Shown one piece after another: positions 1 to 11,592 of a stretch of DNA of 64,000 nt (positions within the stretch are counted from its first letter, which is position 1; each line of letters opens with the position of its first letter). The notes under the pieces were generated by a model. That model worked only from the letters and a program-made list of their open reading frames with translations, ran no database searches and had not been told where the DNA came from. Origin of the DNA: Candidatus Roizmanbacteria bacterium (GTDB taxonomy: Bacteria; Patescibacteriota; Microgenomatia; UBA1406; HO2-37-13b); the NCBI GenBank assembly GCA_038127095.1, contig JAYPGZ010000003.1:23812-87811 (forward strand). The letters run 5' to 3'. A program made the translations under genes and the position numbers.

Positions 1-1185
1 GCATTCACCAGTGAAGATGTTAGTTTTTATATCAAACGGAGCCCCTTCGCTACGCTCAGGATGACGAAGAGAACTTCGCTCAGAATGACTAATCGTTTTT
101 TCATAGGCTTTTTTCATTTCTCCCAAATACTGAATTTGTGAAAATCCCCCACCGAGTGTTATTCCGTAGTAAAACGACAGGATGCTATAGCAAAGTGCGG
201 TACTCGGAAGCAGTGCTCTCTCGTTTAGACCCCGTGCAATAGCGTTTGGATCGAGTGAAATTCGAACATGATTATCGGGTGAAACAAGCTCGTTACCGTT
301 AATCCATAATGGTACTCGCATGTGGTGTTTGTGTTTAATATGCCAGAAAAAATGGGTGCCGTATTCGTGCTCTTTATGCGCACCTGTTATTCCATTGAAG
401 TTTTCAACGTATCGCTCGCGTGCGATTTGATCGAAGAGCATGTTGTGAATCGATGTTTTATTAATTAGATGAACACTCAACAAAAGCTCTCTTACTACAT
501 CCTCGCAACTGACATAAATAAGATTCTTACGTTCTCCAAAGAGTTGATGCCAAATCATATTATTTATTCGGGTAAATTGATCACTCAGAGATTCAAGTTC
601 CCACACCGTTTCATCTTCTAAAAGAGTGTCGAAAAAAATCATCAAATTTTTGCGGGCTTGTTTTGATATGTTCATAAAACGAGCCATTTTTTTGTGGCTC
701 TGTAACTGTCTTTTATTAATTGGTTCATGTCCGTATACTGGTAAATTTCCAGTTTTTCGAGAAACAAATGGCATGCGAATTTCTTTCAAGTTTTTATCGT
801 GAAAAAATATTCCTCGCGGATAAGAAGAATTAGTTAATGAAATACCTGAGCACGCAAATGTAATGGTGGTGTCTTCCCTACTCGATCGTAGTATTGTGTT
901 ATTCGAAAAAAATGGATGACATAAAATTCCATGATGATCGGCACTGCTAACGAATTTGGTAGTAAGTAGAGTTTGGAGTGCGTTGTCGACTGTTATTTCA
1001 TCTAATGATGAGGTGAGTACACTCTTGAATGCATCTACGAGCTCCTGTAAGAGTTGTCCGGAAGCTTTTTCTGGATAATTATTATTTGCGTATTTCATCC
1101 ATGTCTCACTCCCCCATTCATTGTAGAATGTAGCAAAAGTAGGTTTTTTTTCAAAGACAATTTTTTTAGCGTCGGCAAGCTTCAT
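1..1185 (-). CDS. hypothetical protein, C-terminally truncated by window edge (first 395 codons present)
   Basis: Hand translation from ATG at 1185 (MKLADAKKIVFEKKPTFATFYNEWGSETW...) stays open to nt 1. It is absent from the ORF track because it runs off the edge. A TATACT box lies 8 nt upstream. No family recognised. The last visible part (SHSERSSLRHPERSEG) is encoded by GTCAT-type repeat units. Confidence 0.7.
   Translation of the reverse strand, partial: MKLADAKKIVFEKKPTFATFYNEWGSETWMKYANNNYPEKASGQLLQELVDAFKSVLTSSLDEITVDNALQTLLTTKFVSSADHHGILCHPFFSNNTILRSSREDTTITFACSGISLTNSSYPRGIFFHDKNLKEIRMPFVSRKTGNLPVYGHEPINKRQLQSHKKMARFMNISKQARKNLMIFFDTLLEDETVWELESLSDQFTRINNMIWHQLFGERKNLIYVSCEDVVRELLLSVHLINKTSIHNMLFDQIARERYVENFNGITGAHKEHEYGTHFFWHIKHKHHMRVPLWINGNELVSPDNHVRISLDPNAIARGLNERALLPSTALCYSILSFYYGITLGGGFSQIQYLGEMKKAYEKTISHSERSSLRHPERSEGAPFDIKTNIFTGEC
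41..89 (-). repeat. two GTCATYCTGAGCG-type mini-repeat units inside the edge CDS (in frame)
   Basis: Minus strand reads GTCATTCTGAGCGAAGTTCTC-TTC-GTCATCCTGAGCGTAGCGAAGGGGC. The core is the same as in the copies at 12400-12481, 16939-16976 and 25484-25612. Confidence 0.7.
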
Positions 1186-1252
1186 AAGTTTCAAGTATAG
1201 CACGTGATTGTTGAGTTGAAATTATACGGAAAATTCTTTATACTGACGCTCT

Positions 1253-2086
1253 ATGCTACCAGCATTTCTGATCACCTTTCGCGAAGTTATTGAAGCTTCA
1301 CTAATTGTTGCCACGATTTTAGGAATTCTTACTAAATTAAATCAGTCAAAAGGAATTAGAACAGTGTGGTTTGCTACTATTACCGCAGGACTCACCTCTA
1401 TTCTTTTGTTAGTTGCAGGTAGTGTATTTGGATTCCAAATACAAAAAATTTACACAGGGAAAGTTGAAGAGCTTATCGAAGGGATATTAATGGTAACATC
1501 TGCGGTTTTTATAACGTGGGCGGTTTTCTTTTTGCATAAATATTTTTCGCGATACAAAGTGAAATTGTTGCAAAAAGTGCAAGCAATGGTTGAACAAGAA
1601 GAGCAAAAAGGTTTGTTTGTGCTTGCTTTTACGGCAGTTTTTCGGGAAGGAATTGAAATTGTACTCTTCTTAACGACTATTTATTTTTCATCAAGTCCAC
1701 AACAAGTATTTACCGGATTTAGTGCAGGACTTGTAGGTGGACTACTGGTATCACTGGCGCTGTTTGGTGCAACACTGAGGTTGCCGGTGTACTATGCATT
1801 TCGAGTTACGAGTGGATTACTTATTCTGTTTGCGGCAGGACTTTTAGCTCGAGGAGTACATGAATTTGCAGAAGTTGGTTTAATTCCCGAATTTGCATAT
1901 ATCAAGATACCTTTCATGCCTAGTAGCTCATTTATAGCCGACATGGTTAAAGCGATCTTTGGAGTAACGCAGCATATGGATATGCTTCAAATTGCGCTCT
2001 ACATTGCATACATAAGTATTATGGTGTGGTATGTGTATGTAAGGGATAAAGGATTTGCAGGGACAAGCATAAAGAGTGAGGCATAA
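1253..2086 (+). CDS. FTR1/EfeU-family high-affinity iron permease
   Basis: Polytopic membrane protein with two REXXE motifs (FREVIEASL and FREGIEIVLF), typical of FTR1/EfeU. TATACT lies 8 nt upstream of the ATG. Confidence 0.85.
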   Translation: MLPAFLITFREVIEASLIVATILGILTKLNQSKGIRTVWFATITAGLTSILLLVAGSVFGFQIQKIYTGKVEELIEGILMVTSAVFITWAVFFLHKYFSRYKVKLLQKVQAMVEQEEQKGLFVLAFTAVFREGIEIVLFLTTIYFSSSPQQVFTGFSAGLVGGLLVSLALFGATLRLPVYYAFRVTSGLLILFAAGLLARGVHEFAEVGLIPEFAYIKIPFMPSSSFIADMVKAIFGVTQHMDMLQIALYIAYISIMVWYVYVRDKGFAGTSIKSEA

Positions 2087-2109
2087 TTGAGAGAATGTCT
2101 AAAAGCACA

Positions 2110-2131
2110 TTAAGAATATACTTATTCTTAA
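2110..2131. terminator. possible bidirectional hairpin between convergent genes
   Basis: Perfect inverted repeat TTAAGAATA-tact-TATTCTTAA between the FTR1 stop (2086) and the Nudix stop (2162). The stem is AT-only and there is no clear U-tract, so support is weak. Confidence 0.3.
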
Positions 2132-2161
2132 TATTGCATTCTTGGAAAATTGAAACTCGAG

Positions 2162-2578
2162 TCAATATTTACCACGGATGTATTCAAGTACTTCCTGGTC
2201 GTGTTCAGAAATTTTCAGTTCCTTAGGGTAAGGTAATGAAATCCAACGCATGTCTTGTCCTTCGTGTAGCTCAAGTTTTTGCAAACCATCGTACTGCTCC
2301 ATAAACACATACATGACCCTCGCGTTTACTGGTTTTTGAGTTAATACCAGTTTAGGTTTGTTCAGTTTATACCGTAACTCTTCATACGTTTCACGCATTA
2401 CCGTGTCGATTGGTGTTTCATTTTCTTCAATACCTCCTCCAAAAAATGCCCAGTAACCAGGGTTTCGTAAAGCAGTCTCTGAACGATGCTGAAGCAAAAT
2501 TTTCTTTTCAATATCGTACAAAATAATTATTGCAACATCTCTTCTTTTGTTTGTGGGAGAGGTAGATTTGCTTATCAT
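2162..2578 (-). CDS. Nudix hydrolase
   Basis: Nudix box GGGIEENETPIDTVMRETYEELRY matches GX5EX7REUXEEXGU. Confidence 0.9.
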   Translation of the reverse strand: MISKSTSPTNKRRDVAIIILYDIEKKILLQHRSETALRNPGYWAFFGGGIEENETPIDTVMRETYEELRYKLNKPKLVLTQKPVNARVMYVFMEQYDGLQKLELHEGQDMRWISLPYPKELKISEHDQEVLEYIRGKY

Positions 2579-2616
2579 AGAAAGCGTTATTTAATGATGT
2601 TATTTTATTTTAAGGG

Positions 2617-2701
2617 CGGAGAGGGCGAGATTTGAACTCGCGGTATCTTGCGATACGGCGGTTTAGTAAACCGCTGCACTAGACCACTATGCGACCTCTC
2701 C
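2617..2701 (-). tRNA. class II tRNA, Ser-like, anticodon ACU by hand fold (non-canonical)
   Basis: Fold on the minus strand: GGAGAGG-TC-GCA-TAGTGGTCTAG-TGC-A-GCGGT-TTACTAA-ACCGC-CGTATCGCAAGATACC-GCGAG-TTCAAAT-CTCGC-CCTCTCC-G. It has a long variable arm and G73. The anticodon is at plus strand 2665-2667 (AGT). The 3' tail is CCC, so CCA is not encoded. Confidence 0.8.
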
Positions 2702-2760
2702 TTAAGTATTTTGATCTTTTTAGAGCGAAGCCCTTTTTGTCTTTTTGAGCTTTGACGGGC

Positions 2761-2851
<91 letters not shown>

Positions 2852-2898
2852 TTGAGAGCTCTATTTTAACATAAAATAGCTATGGAGGAATTTGAAAT

Positions 2899-3219
2899 CT
2901 AAGCCGCTTTTTGATCAAGTCCATTTGTGGTATCAGCCTGAGGTTCAATAAGTGGATGTTCAAGTTCAATATTCCTCCGTAGCGCAGCTAAAGGTGTTCT
3001 ATTGTGTAATTCAGCATTGGGATTAAATAAATCCTCGTATCCCTCGTCTTGATCGAGGTATTGATCAAGTAATCTATTCACTTCTTCAGGAGTAATATTC
3101 CCAGCAAGCATTTCTTGAATAAGGGGTTGGACAACACGAAGCCTTGCAAGAATGTCAGGTCTATCTTGAAAGATATGTTCTAGATCTGCCGGTCGAGCTC
3201 CCCTTTCTCGTTCGGTCAT
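2899..3219 (-). CDS. hypothetical acidic protein (106 aa)
   Basis: ORF with a TAAAAT box (3226-3231) 6 nt upstream of its ATG. It is visibly GC-richer than its neighbours. No family recognised. Confidence 0.55.
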   Translation of the reverse strand: MTERERGARPADLEHIFQDRPDILARLRVVQPLIQEMLAGNITPEEVNRLLDQYLDQDEGYEDLFNPNAELHNRTPLAALRRNIELEHPLIEPQADTTNGLDQKAA

Positions 3220-3262
3220 ACAGGTATTTTACCTAATTTCTACCCTGTCAACAACCTTTTTC

Positions 3263-3291
3263 TTGACTATTTTCCTAACGTCGTTTAATAT
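3263..3291 (+). promoter_or_regulatory. sigma70-type promoter of the xer gene (leaderless geometry)
   Basis: TTGACT (3263-3268), 17-nt spacer, TAATAT (3286-3291), then 7 nt to the ATG at 3299. Confidence 0.6.
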
Positions 3292-3298
3292 GAATTAT

Positions 3299-4231
3299 AT
3301 GCAGCTTAAAGAAGGTGTTGATCGATTCCTGGAATACTGTGAGCTTGATAAAAATCTTTCCCAAAAAACGGTGCGGATGTATGCGTACTACCTCCACTTT
3401 TTTCAGGATTGGATGCTTAAAGATGGTGCTAACTGGGAAGTGGAAAATATCGATGAAGAAACAATTCGTAAGTTTCGTCTCCATTTGTCTCGTGAATATT
3501 TTAATCCTTTTAAGGGCGAGTTAAAGCGCCAAACCCAAAATTATTTTTTGGTTGCTCTGCGATCTTTTTTCCGCTTTTTAATTAAGAAAAATCACAAAGT
3601 CCTTTCCCCCGAACAAATAGAATTAGGAAAAATGAATGATCGGACAATTAAATTTTTAACAGATGAGCAAGTTGCTAAGCTATTAAACGCTCCCGATGTG
3701 AGTACAATTATGGGCTTACGTGACCGAGCAATTTTGGAAGTTTTATTTTCTACGGGCCTGCGTGTTTCAGAGCTTTCTGGACTTGATCGGACAATGGTAA
3801 ATTTGGCTGAAGGCGAATTTGGAGTTGTTGGAAAAGGTGGACATGCTCGAGTAGTATTTTTGTCGGACAATGCAGTGCGTCGCCTTTCTGATTATTTAGA
3901 TGCACGCGATGATCCGTACAAACCGTTGTTTATTCGATACAGTGGCCCCAAAGCAAGTGATGAACTGACCGATGAAAAATCACGTCTTACTCCTCGCTCG
4001 ATTGAGCGATTGGTCGATAAATATCGACTTATGGCAGGAATTTTGTTTCGCATTGGTCCACATGTTTTGCGACATTCGTTTGCTACTGATTTACTTCAAC
4101 ACGGAGCCGATATTCGTTCGGTACAAGAAATGTTAGGGCATAAAAATATTGCTACCACGCAGATTTATACCCATGTAACTAACTTTGGTTTACGTGAGGT
4201 GCATAAAAAATTTCATTCGGGAAATAAATGA
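3299..4231 (+). CDS. tyrosine site-specific recombinase, XerC/XerD family
   Basis: The C-terminal catalytic region HVLRHSFATDLLQHGADIRSVQEMLGHKNIATTQIYTHV carries HxxR and the Tyr. N-terminal SAM-like domain present. I moved the start from the track's TTG at 3263 to the in-frame ATG at 3299 because of the promoter geometry. Confidence 0.9.
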   Translation: MQLKEGVDRFLEYCELDKNLSQKTVRMYAYYLHFFQDWMLKDGANWEVENIDEETIRKFRLHLSREYFNPFKGELKRQTQNYFLVALRSFFRFLIKKNHKVLSPEQIELGKMNDRTIKFLTDEQVAKLLNAPDVSTIMGLRDRAILEVLFSTGLRVSELSGLDRTMVNLAEGEFGVVGKGGHARVVFLSDNAVRRLSDYLDARDDPYKPLFIRYSGPKASDELTDEKSRLTPRSIERLVDKYRLMAGILFRIGPHVLRHSFATDLLQHGADIRSVQEMLGHKNIATTQIYTHVTNFGLREVHKKFHSGNK

Positions 4232-4246
4232 GTGATATAATGAAGC

Positions 4247-5662
4247 ATGCTCAAAATTATTGCACGACGTAAGTACGAGATTTTACTTGGGATTCTTGTG
4301 GCGATCTACGTTGCTTGGTTTTTGTTTTTTACTCTCCATCGTTTTAACTCACTTCATGCCAACTATTATGATTTGGGAATTATGGATCAAACGGTATATA
4401 ACACTTCGCGGGGTCGTATTTTAGAACTTACCAGTCCAGAAGGGTCTGCAACAATTAAACGCATGGCTATTCACAATGACATTCTACTTGCAGCGTTGGC
4501 CCCACTGTATCTACTTTATTCGGGACCTGAAACGCTCATTGTTACCCAAACAATAGTGTTAGGGCTTGGAGCGATATTTATATATTTGATTGCGCTTGAG
4601 CTTACAAAAAAGAAATATGTTGCTCTTGCCTATTCATTTATGTATCTCATGTACCCAGCGATGCAGTGGTCTAATACGTATGATTTTCACATTGTAACGT
4701 TTGTTACTACACTGTTTTTGGCGCTTTATTATGCTTTAATCAAGGAGCGATTGGGATACGCGATGCTCTGCTTTTTCTTAATTTTGTGTGCAAAGGAACA
4801 AACATCACTTGTAATGGCGATGTTTGGAATGTTGCTTTATTTTAGGTCACGCGTACTTTTCCCAAACGCGAGCAGTGGTGTGTTTAAGAGTCTTGGTATG
4901 ACCATTTTTTTGACGAGTATTATTTGGTTTGGTGCGTCTATTTGGCTGATCATTCCGTATTTTCGACAAGCCCAGCATTTTGCTTTGGAACGATATGCAG
5001 ATATTACAGATCCGGCAAGCGTTATGCGTGCGGTGTTTTCGCCTGCATCGCTTAGTTATGTAATTGCGTTATTCGGTCCCTTGTTGTTTGTGTCACTTCT
5101 TTCACCGCTCGTATTAATTTTGGCACCCGAACTTGCAATTAACCTTTTAAGTAATAATTCAAACATGCAAAGTATTATTTTCCACTACACTGCAGTACTT
5201 ACCCCGGTACTATTTATTGCGGCAATTTATGGAATAAAATACATAACTACAAAGCTTAATACAACATATAAATTCATTATATCCGTTCAACTAATCTTAA
5301 CAGTGCTTTTTAGTTACTATGCAAGTCCACTTCCCTATTCCAAACAATACGATTCGCGAATTTTTTCTGAAATAAAACCGGAAGTTAAAGTAGTAGAAGA
5401 ATGGTCTAAAAAGTTGCAAGACGAAAATATCGCAGTTTCTGCAAGTCTGGGAATTGCACCGAAGTTTACAAATCGGAAAGTTATGATTCCTTTTTCTTAC
5501 AAGTACACTGAGGCGGACTATGTGGTACTATTGAAACAGGAAGTTCTAAATGATTGGTTTGACTTGGAAGAGTCTCGAGAAGCGTATGAAAAACTGATCA
5601 TGGATTCGAACTTTATTCGAATTCATCAATATCAATCGTTTGAGGTTTACAAAAAAAATTAA
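4247..5662 (+). CDS. polytopic membrane protein, DUF2079-like (putative GT-C-type glycosyltransferase)
   Basis: The N-terminal motif HANYYDLGIMDQTVYNTSRG resembles the DLGxxDQ signature I recall for DUF2079. Many TM helices and a C-terminal soluble domain. An extended -10 (TGATATAAT) ends 5 nt before the ATG. Confidence 0.55.
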   Translation: MLKIIARRKYEILLGILVAIYVAWFLFFTLHRFNSLHANYYDLGIMDQTVYNTSRGRILELTSPEGSATIKRMAIHNDILLAALAPLYLLYSGPETLIVTQTIVLGLGAIFIYLIALELTKKKYVALAYSFMYLMYPAMQWSNTYDFHIVTFVTTLFLALYYALIKERLGYAMLCFFLILCAKEQTSLVMAMFGMLLYFRSRVLFPNASSGVFKSLGMTIFLTSIIWFGASIWLIIPYFRQAQHFALERYADITDPASVMRAVFSPASLSYVIALFGPLLFVSLLSPLVLILAPELAINLLSNNSNMQSIIFHYTAVLTPVLFIAAIYGIKYITTKLNTTYKFIISVQLILTVLFSYYASPLPYSKQYDSRIFSEIKPEVKVVEEWSKKLQDENIAVSASLGIAPKFTNRKVMIPFSYKYTEADYVVLLKQEVLNDWFDLEESREAYEKLIMDSNFIRIHQYQSFEVYKKN

Positions 5663-5664
5663 TT

Positions 5665-6563
5665 ATGATTTCGATAGTAATTCCATTTCATAACGAAGAA
5701 GAAAATCTTGAGGAGCTGGTTATTCGTATTAAAGAAACACTTAAAAACAAAGAATTTGAAATTATTTTTGTAGATGATGGGTCGTTTGATAAGTCGGTTG
5801 ATGTAATAAAAACGCTTCAAAAGTCTATTGAAAACATTCGTCTACTTACACATCGGAAAAAGTTTGGAAAAGGTCAAGCGCTCAAAACAGGTATAAAAAA
5901 AGCCAGAGGCGATATTGTTATTTTTATGGATGCGGATTTACAAGATGATCCTGCAGATTTGCCAAAATTTTTAAACAAAATTCATGAAGGGTATGATTTA
6001 GTAAATGGTTGGCGAAAAAAACGTCGTGATGGATTAATCAAAACGCTTCCTTCTAAAATTGGCAACGCAATTATTTTGAAGCATATTTTGCAATCAAAAT
6101 ATCACGATATAAATTGTGGCTATAAAGCAATGAGGGCAACTGTTTTGGAAGAAATTCAATTATATGGAGATAATTTTCGCTTTTTACCAATAGTCGCAGA
6201 GAAGAAAGGATTTAAAACTACCGAAGTAGTCGTTGATCATAATCCTCGTTTACATGGAAGCTCTAAATTTGGATTTTTCAGACGTTTTACTGTTTTTGCC
6301 GATATTTTAACCGCGTATTTTATTTTCCGCTTTTCTGAAAAACCATTACATTTCTTTGGTTTTGTTGGAGGGCTGTTACTGTTGATCGGATCAATCATTT
6401 CGGGATATTTACTTGTCGATCGTATTTTTTTCGGTCACCTTTTATATCGTCGACCAGCGTTTATTTATGGATTGGTATTTGTCATTGTTGGAATTCAGAT
6501 CGTTATGACGGGAATTGTTGCAGAGCTGCTTGTATACTTACAAAAAAATCACGCACGTAACAA

Positions 6564-6567
<4 letters not shown>
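5665..6567 (+). CDS. GT2 polyprenol-phosphate glycosyltransferase (GtrB/ArnC/DPM1-like) with two C-terminal TM helices
   Basis: MISIVIPFHNEEENL...FVDDGSFDKS...DADLQDDP (DxD) followed by a C-terminal membrane anchor, the architecture of GtrB/ArnC enzymes. Confidence 0.85.
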
Positions 6568-8623
<2,056 letters not shown>

Positions 8624-8626
8624 TAT

Positions 8627-9475
8627 ATGTTTGACACAGAAACTGAGGTGCTTGCAAGTCCTCCTGTAGAATTGGAAAATTCTGCCGCTACTATTATCGC
8701 TAGGTGTATTGCTATGCATGAACTCTTTGATAAAGAGTGGGACAAGCCGAGCTATCATAATCAATTTCATGTAATGGCTGCTCTTGAAACAGTCGATGCA
8801 GTGTTTGATTCTTGCAATATCAGTGATCCTCTTGAACTGAAAGCTCAAATGCGAGCGTGGAATGCAGCTAATCCTGAGCATGCAGTTACAGATCTTGCGT
8901 TATTGAAACAAGCATTTCGAATTGCATTTGCATGTCATGATGTAGGAAATATTACGGCTGATGAACCGATTAATAATAATGGAGAAGTTGTATTTGCTGA
9001 TGCGTATCGAAGTAAGGGTGCTGAAGATCGAAGTAAGGTGGTAGCATCTCGATTTATCGATGACGTTGTGGGTGAGCATCCGCATAAAGAAACAATTTCG
9101 AAGCTAGTAGAACATGTTATAGATCAGACCAAATTTGGTATCGGCCAACGCACAGATACTCCTTTTTGGTTGCTTGTCCAAAGCATAGATCAAATTGGTT
9201 CGGCATATTTCTCAACTCGTTCAAATGCGCAGCTTGTGGCTGGGCTCATTCAAGAAGAAAATGGAAATTGGAATATGTCATTGAGGTCCATGATCGAGTT
9301 TACGAACAATCGCATGAATCAACTTTTTGCAGACGAAGAAAAAAGAACTGCTGTGTATGCGCTTTTTGAAGCGAATAGGTATGGTCGAGATCGATCAGCG
9401 TTTATAGTAACATCTACTATCCCACATCCTGAACAAACTGTGAGTATTGATGATGTTCCCCTACTTATTAGCTAA
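8627..9475 (+). CDS. HD-domain-like protein of unknown function
   Basis: Candidate H...HD metal motif (NQFHVMAALE ... FACHDVGN). Starts 4 nt after the tgt stop. GC-richer by eye. Confidence 0.5.
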   Translation: MFDTETEVLASPPVELENSAATIIARCIAMHELFDKEWDKPSYHNQFHVMAALETVDAVFDSCNISDPLELKAQMRAWNAANPEHAVTDLALLKQAFRIAFACHDVGNITADEPINNNGEVVFADAYRSKGAEDRSKVVASRFIDDVVGEHPHKETISKLVEHVIDQTKFGIGQRTDTPFWLLVQSIDQIGSAYFSTRSNAQLVAGLIQEENGNWNMSLRSMIEFTNNRMNQLFADEEKRTAVYALFEANRYGRDRSAFIVTSTIPHPEQTVSIDDVPLLIS

Positions 9476-9492
9476 GCTACAAAATATCTACT

Positions 9493-11490
9493 ATGGAAAG
9501 AAGTCCAGATGGTAAATCAGACGGTTTAAACAATTCTTTTGCCACTGAGAAAAGTGGCAGGATCGATCTTTTTGCGCAGTATTTGAGAGATTTGACCGAC
9601 GCAGTGAATGAAGGTGAACAGACTCGATCGATTTCTAGAATCGATTTGATCCAGCTTAATGAGGCAGAAAAAGCAGTTCAAAGAACATATTTAGCGTTTA
9701 GATCAGTTCCGAGCACAGGTTTATATGGAAATAAAAGGAAAGATGAACAAGATGGCGCCATACAGATTTCAAGTATAGATGATAATGCTCCCACATTGGC
9801 TGCACTATCATTAGGCTCGCGGATATTGTATGGGCGCACTTTGACAGAATGTAATCGTTTGTTTCGGCAAAAAGGTTTTGATGTCGAAAGTACGCGCTAC
9901 TGCGATATACAAAGAGTTCCCGATGTGGCTCTTTTGGAAGCACCATTGGGTGGTGTTCCCATAATTCAAGTGCTGACAAATGAGGCACATTCAGCTGGTG
10001 AATTGCGCGATGCCATGGTTGTGCATATGGAAGCATATAAATTAGCTCTAGCTGAAATTATGTATCGAGACGATGGTTTAAAGAGTCTTATGGATGGCAG
10101 TATATTTGAGGATGAGATATATGCGCCTTTTGTGGCTGGTGTCACTAATAATATTGCCGCTCGATTCCCCATTACCTTGAAAATGTTTGCCAGTGATCTT
10201 ATTGGCGATCTTGTACTTGTGGTAGATGCTGAATCAGACACTCGTTTACTAGAAAAAGTTTCAAAATCACATTATCACGGTGTTGAATCGAAAACGGTTC
10301 AAAAAGCGTTGAACTCAGCAAAAGATGTGGTTAAAAAGGTGAAAGCCACCAGATTGGGCTTATTAGACCTTTTTTTGAATCCTGCAAGTTTAGATGCTAA
10401 TGAATATGGTCTGCTTGATCGAATTGATTTATATCTAAACGATTCGGGTATCGTATCTGATCGATTTTTACATTTATGCATGCTTGATGAACCAGAAAAT
10501 ATAACGAAGATATATCGACTATTAGCTCAATATGTTTCTAATAACCCACAAGCAGATACGCGTTTATTTACGATTCTAGATCGTTTATATACACAAGCTT
10601 CCCAAATAGATGTACCTGTTTTTGACGATGTAGAAGTGATTATTGGTGATAGAGCAAACGATGAAGCGGAAACGACTGAGGATGTTTTTTGGAAATCGCT
10701 TGGCAAACATGCTCGCTCAATAAAAGGCACAGTTAGAACAACTGATTTTGATATTGAAGATGCAGATGTTGACAGAATTACTCAACACCATTTTGTGGCT
10801 CCCAGTTCAATTGCCGTGCACATAGGCAATAATCCTGCGCATTTTACAGTTGCGTTTTTGTATTCAAATGATCAAACAGGAGAAGTTCTTGATCTTGTGT
10901 TTTCATTTGATAGTAAAAATCAAACAATTGATTGGAATGTATTGGAAGACCTTCCCTATGAAATGCGAACAGCAGTTTTAGCCGTTGCAACCAAAACTCT
11001 TGCAAAAACTGAAGAAATTGCCCGTAATCAAAAGCAGCTCAGGCTCGGTAGGTTTTCACAGTCACCATCTGTTGAAAGTCCTCATAAAAAAAGAGAACAT
11101 TACTACGATCCCATATATGGACTTCGGAAAAAAGAAACATCACCATCAGTGAGTACAAGTATTGTGGAACGAGAAGCAACAACGGAAAGACAATCTGGCA
11201 TACGCTATGAGATTATTGTAACGGATGAAGATAGACAGCGCTATTTTGCACATTATTCATTGGAAATACAGGATGCATTAGAAGAAGGAATTGCTCAGTA
11301 TAACAGTGGAAAACGAGGGCGGTTTAGATCGATTGCTACTAGGCGCAATGGAGATAGAATGTGGAGACTGAGAGTTGGTCAACATCGTATTCTTGTAAAA
11401 CAAGAAGAATCAAGTGTTGGCAATATGCGCTTTGGCATAGTGGATGTCTGTTCAAAAAAAGAAAATTATCCTCGTAGAATTGGTATTTAA
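9493..11490 (+). CDS. large hypothetical protein with C-terminal RelE/ParE-like toxin-fold domain
   Basis: The last ~96 aa (nt 11200-11487), IRYEIIVTDEDRQRYF...GDRMWRLRVGQHRILVKQEESS...FGIVDVCSKKENY, match the RelE/ParE pattern (wRlRvGdyRiiy...i.hRkdvY). I do not recognise the first ~570 aa. No TM helix or signal peptide. Confidence 0.6.
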   Translation: MERSPDGKSDGLNNSFATEKSGRIDLFAQYLRDLTDAVNEGEQTRSISRIDLIQLNEAEKAVQRTYLAFRSVPSTGLYGNKRKDEQDGAIQISSIDDNAPTLAALSLGSRILYGRTLTECNRLFRQKGFDVESTRYCDIQRVPDVALLEAPLGGVPIIQVLTNEAHSAGELRDAMVVHMEAYKLALAEIMYRDDGLKSLMDGSIFEDEIYAPFVAGVTNNIAARFPITLKMFASDLIGDLVLVVDAESDTRLLEKVSKSHYHGVESKTVQKALNSAKDVVKKVKATRLGLLDLFLNPASLDANEYGLLDRIDLYLNDSGIVSDRFLHLCMLDEPENITKIYRLLAQYVSNNPQADTRLFTILDRLYTQASQIDVPVFDDVEVIIGDRANDEAETTEDVFWKSLGKHARSIKGTVRTTDFDIEDADVDRITQHHFVAPSSIAVHIGNNPAHFTVAFLYSNDQTGEVLDLVFSFDSKNQTIDWNVLEDLPYEMRTAVLAVATKTLAKTEEIARNQKQLRLGRFSQSPSVESPHKKREHYYDPIYGLRKKETSPSVSTSIVEREATTERQSGIRYEIIVTDEDRQRYFAHYSLEIQDALEEGIAQYNSGKRGRFRSIATRRNGDRMWRLRVGQHRILVKQEESSVGNMRFGIVDVCSKKENYPRRIGI

Positions 11491-11496
11491 TTTTTT

Positions 11497-11570
11497 TGGA
11501 GCGGGATACGGGAGTCGAACCCGTCTTTCCTCCTTGGAAGGGAGGTGTTGAACCGCTCAACTAATCCCGC
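11497..11570 (-). tRNA. tRNA-Gly(UCC), CCA encoded
   Basis: Fold on the minus strand: GCGGGAT-TA-GTTG-AGCGGTT-CAAC-A-CCTCC-CTTCCAA-GGAGG-AAAG-ACGGG-TTCGACT-CCCGT-ATCCCGC-T-CCA. Confidence 0.92.
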
Positions 11571-11592
11571 GGTGTCAACAATTTTACCATAC

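Noticed and set aside
8627-11570. HD/RelE-fusion pair as a genomic island targeted to tRNA-Gly
   Set aside because: There is no integrase and I saw no direct repeat of the tRNA end. The pair is co-oriented and separated by only 4 nt from tgt, so it reads as the tail of that operon. I kept it as a finding for its content, not as a mobile element.
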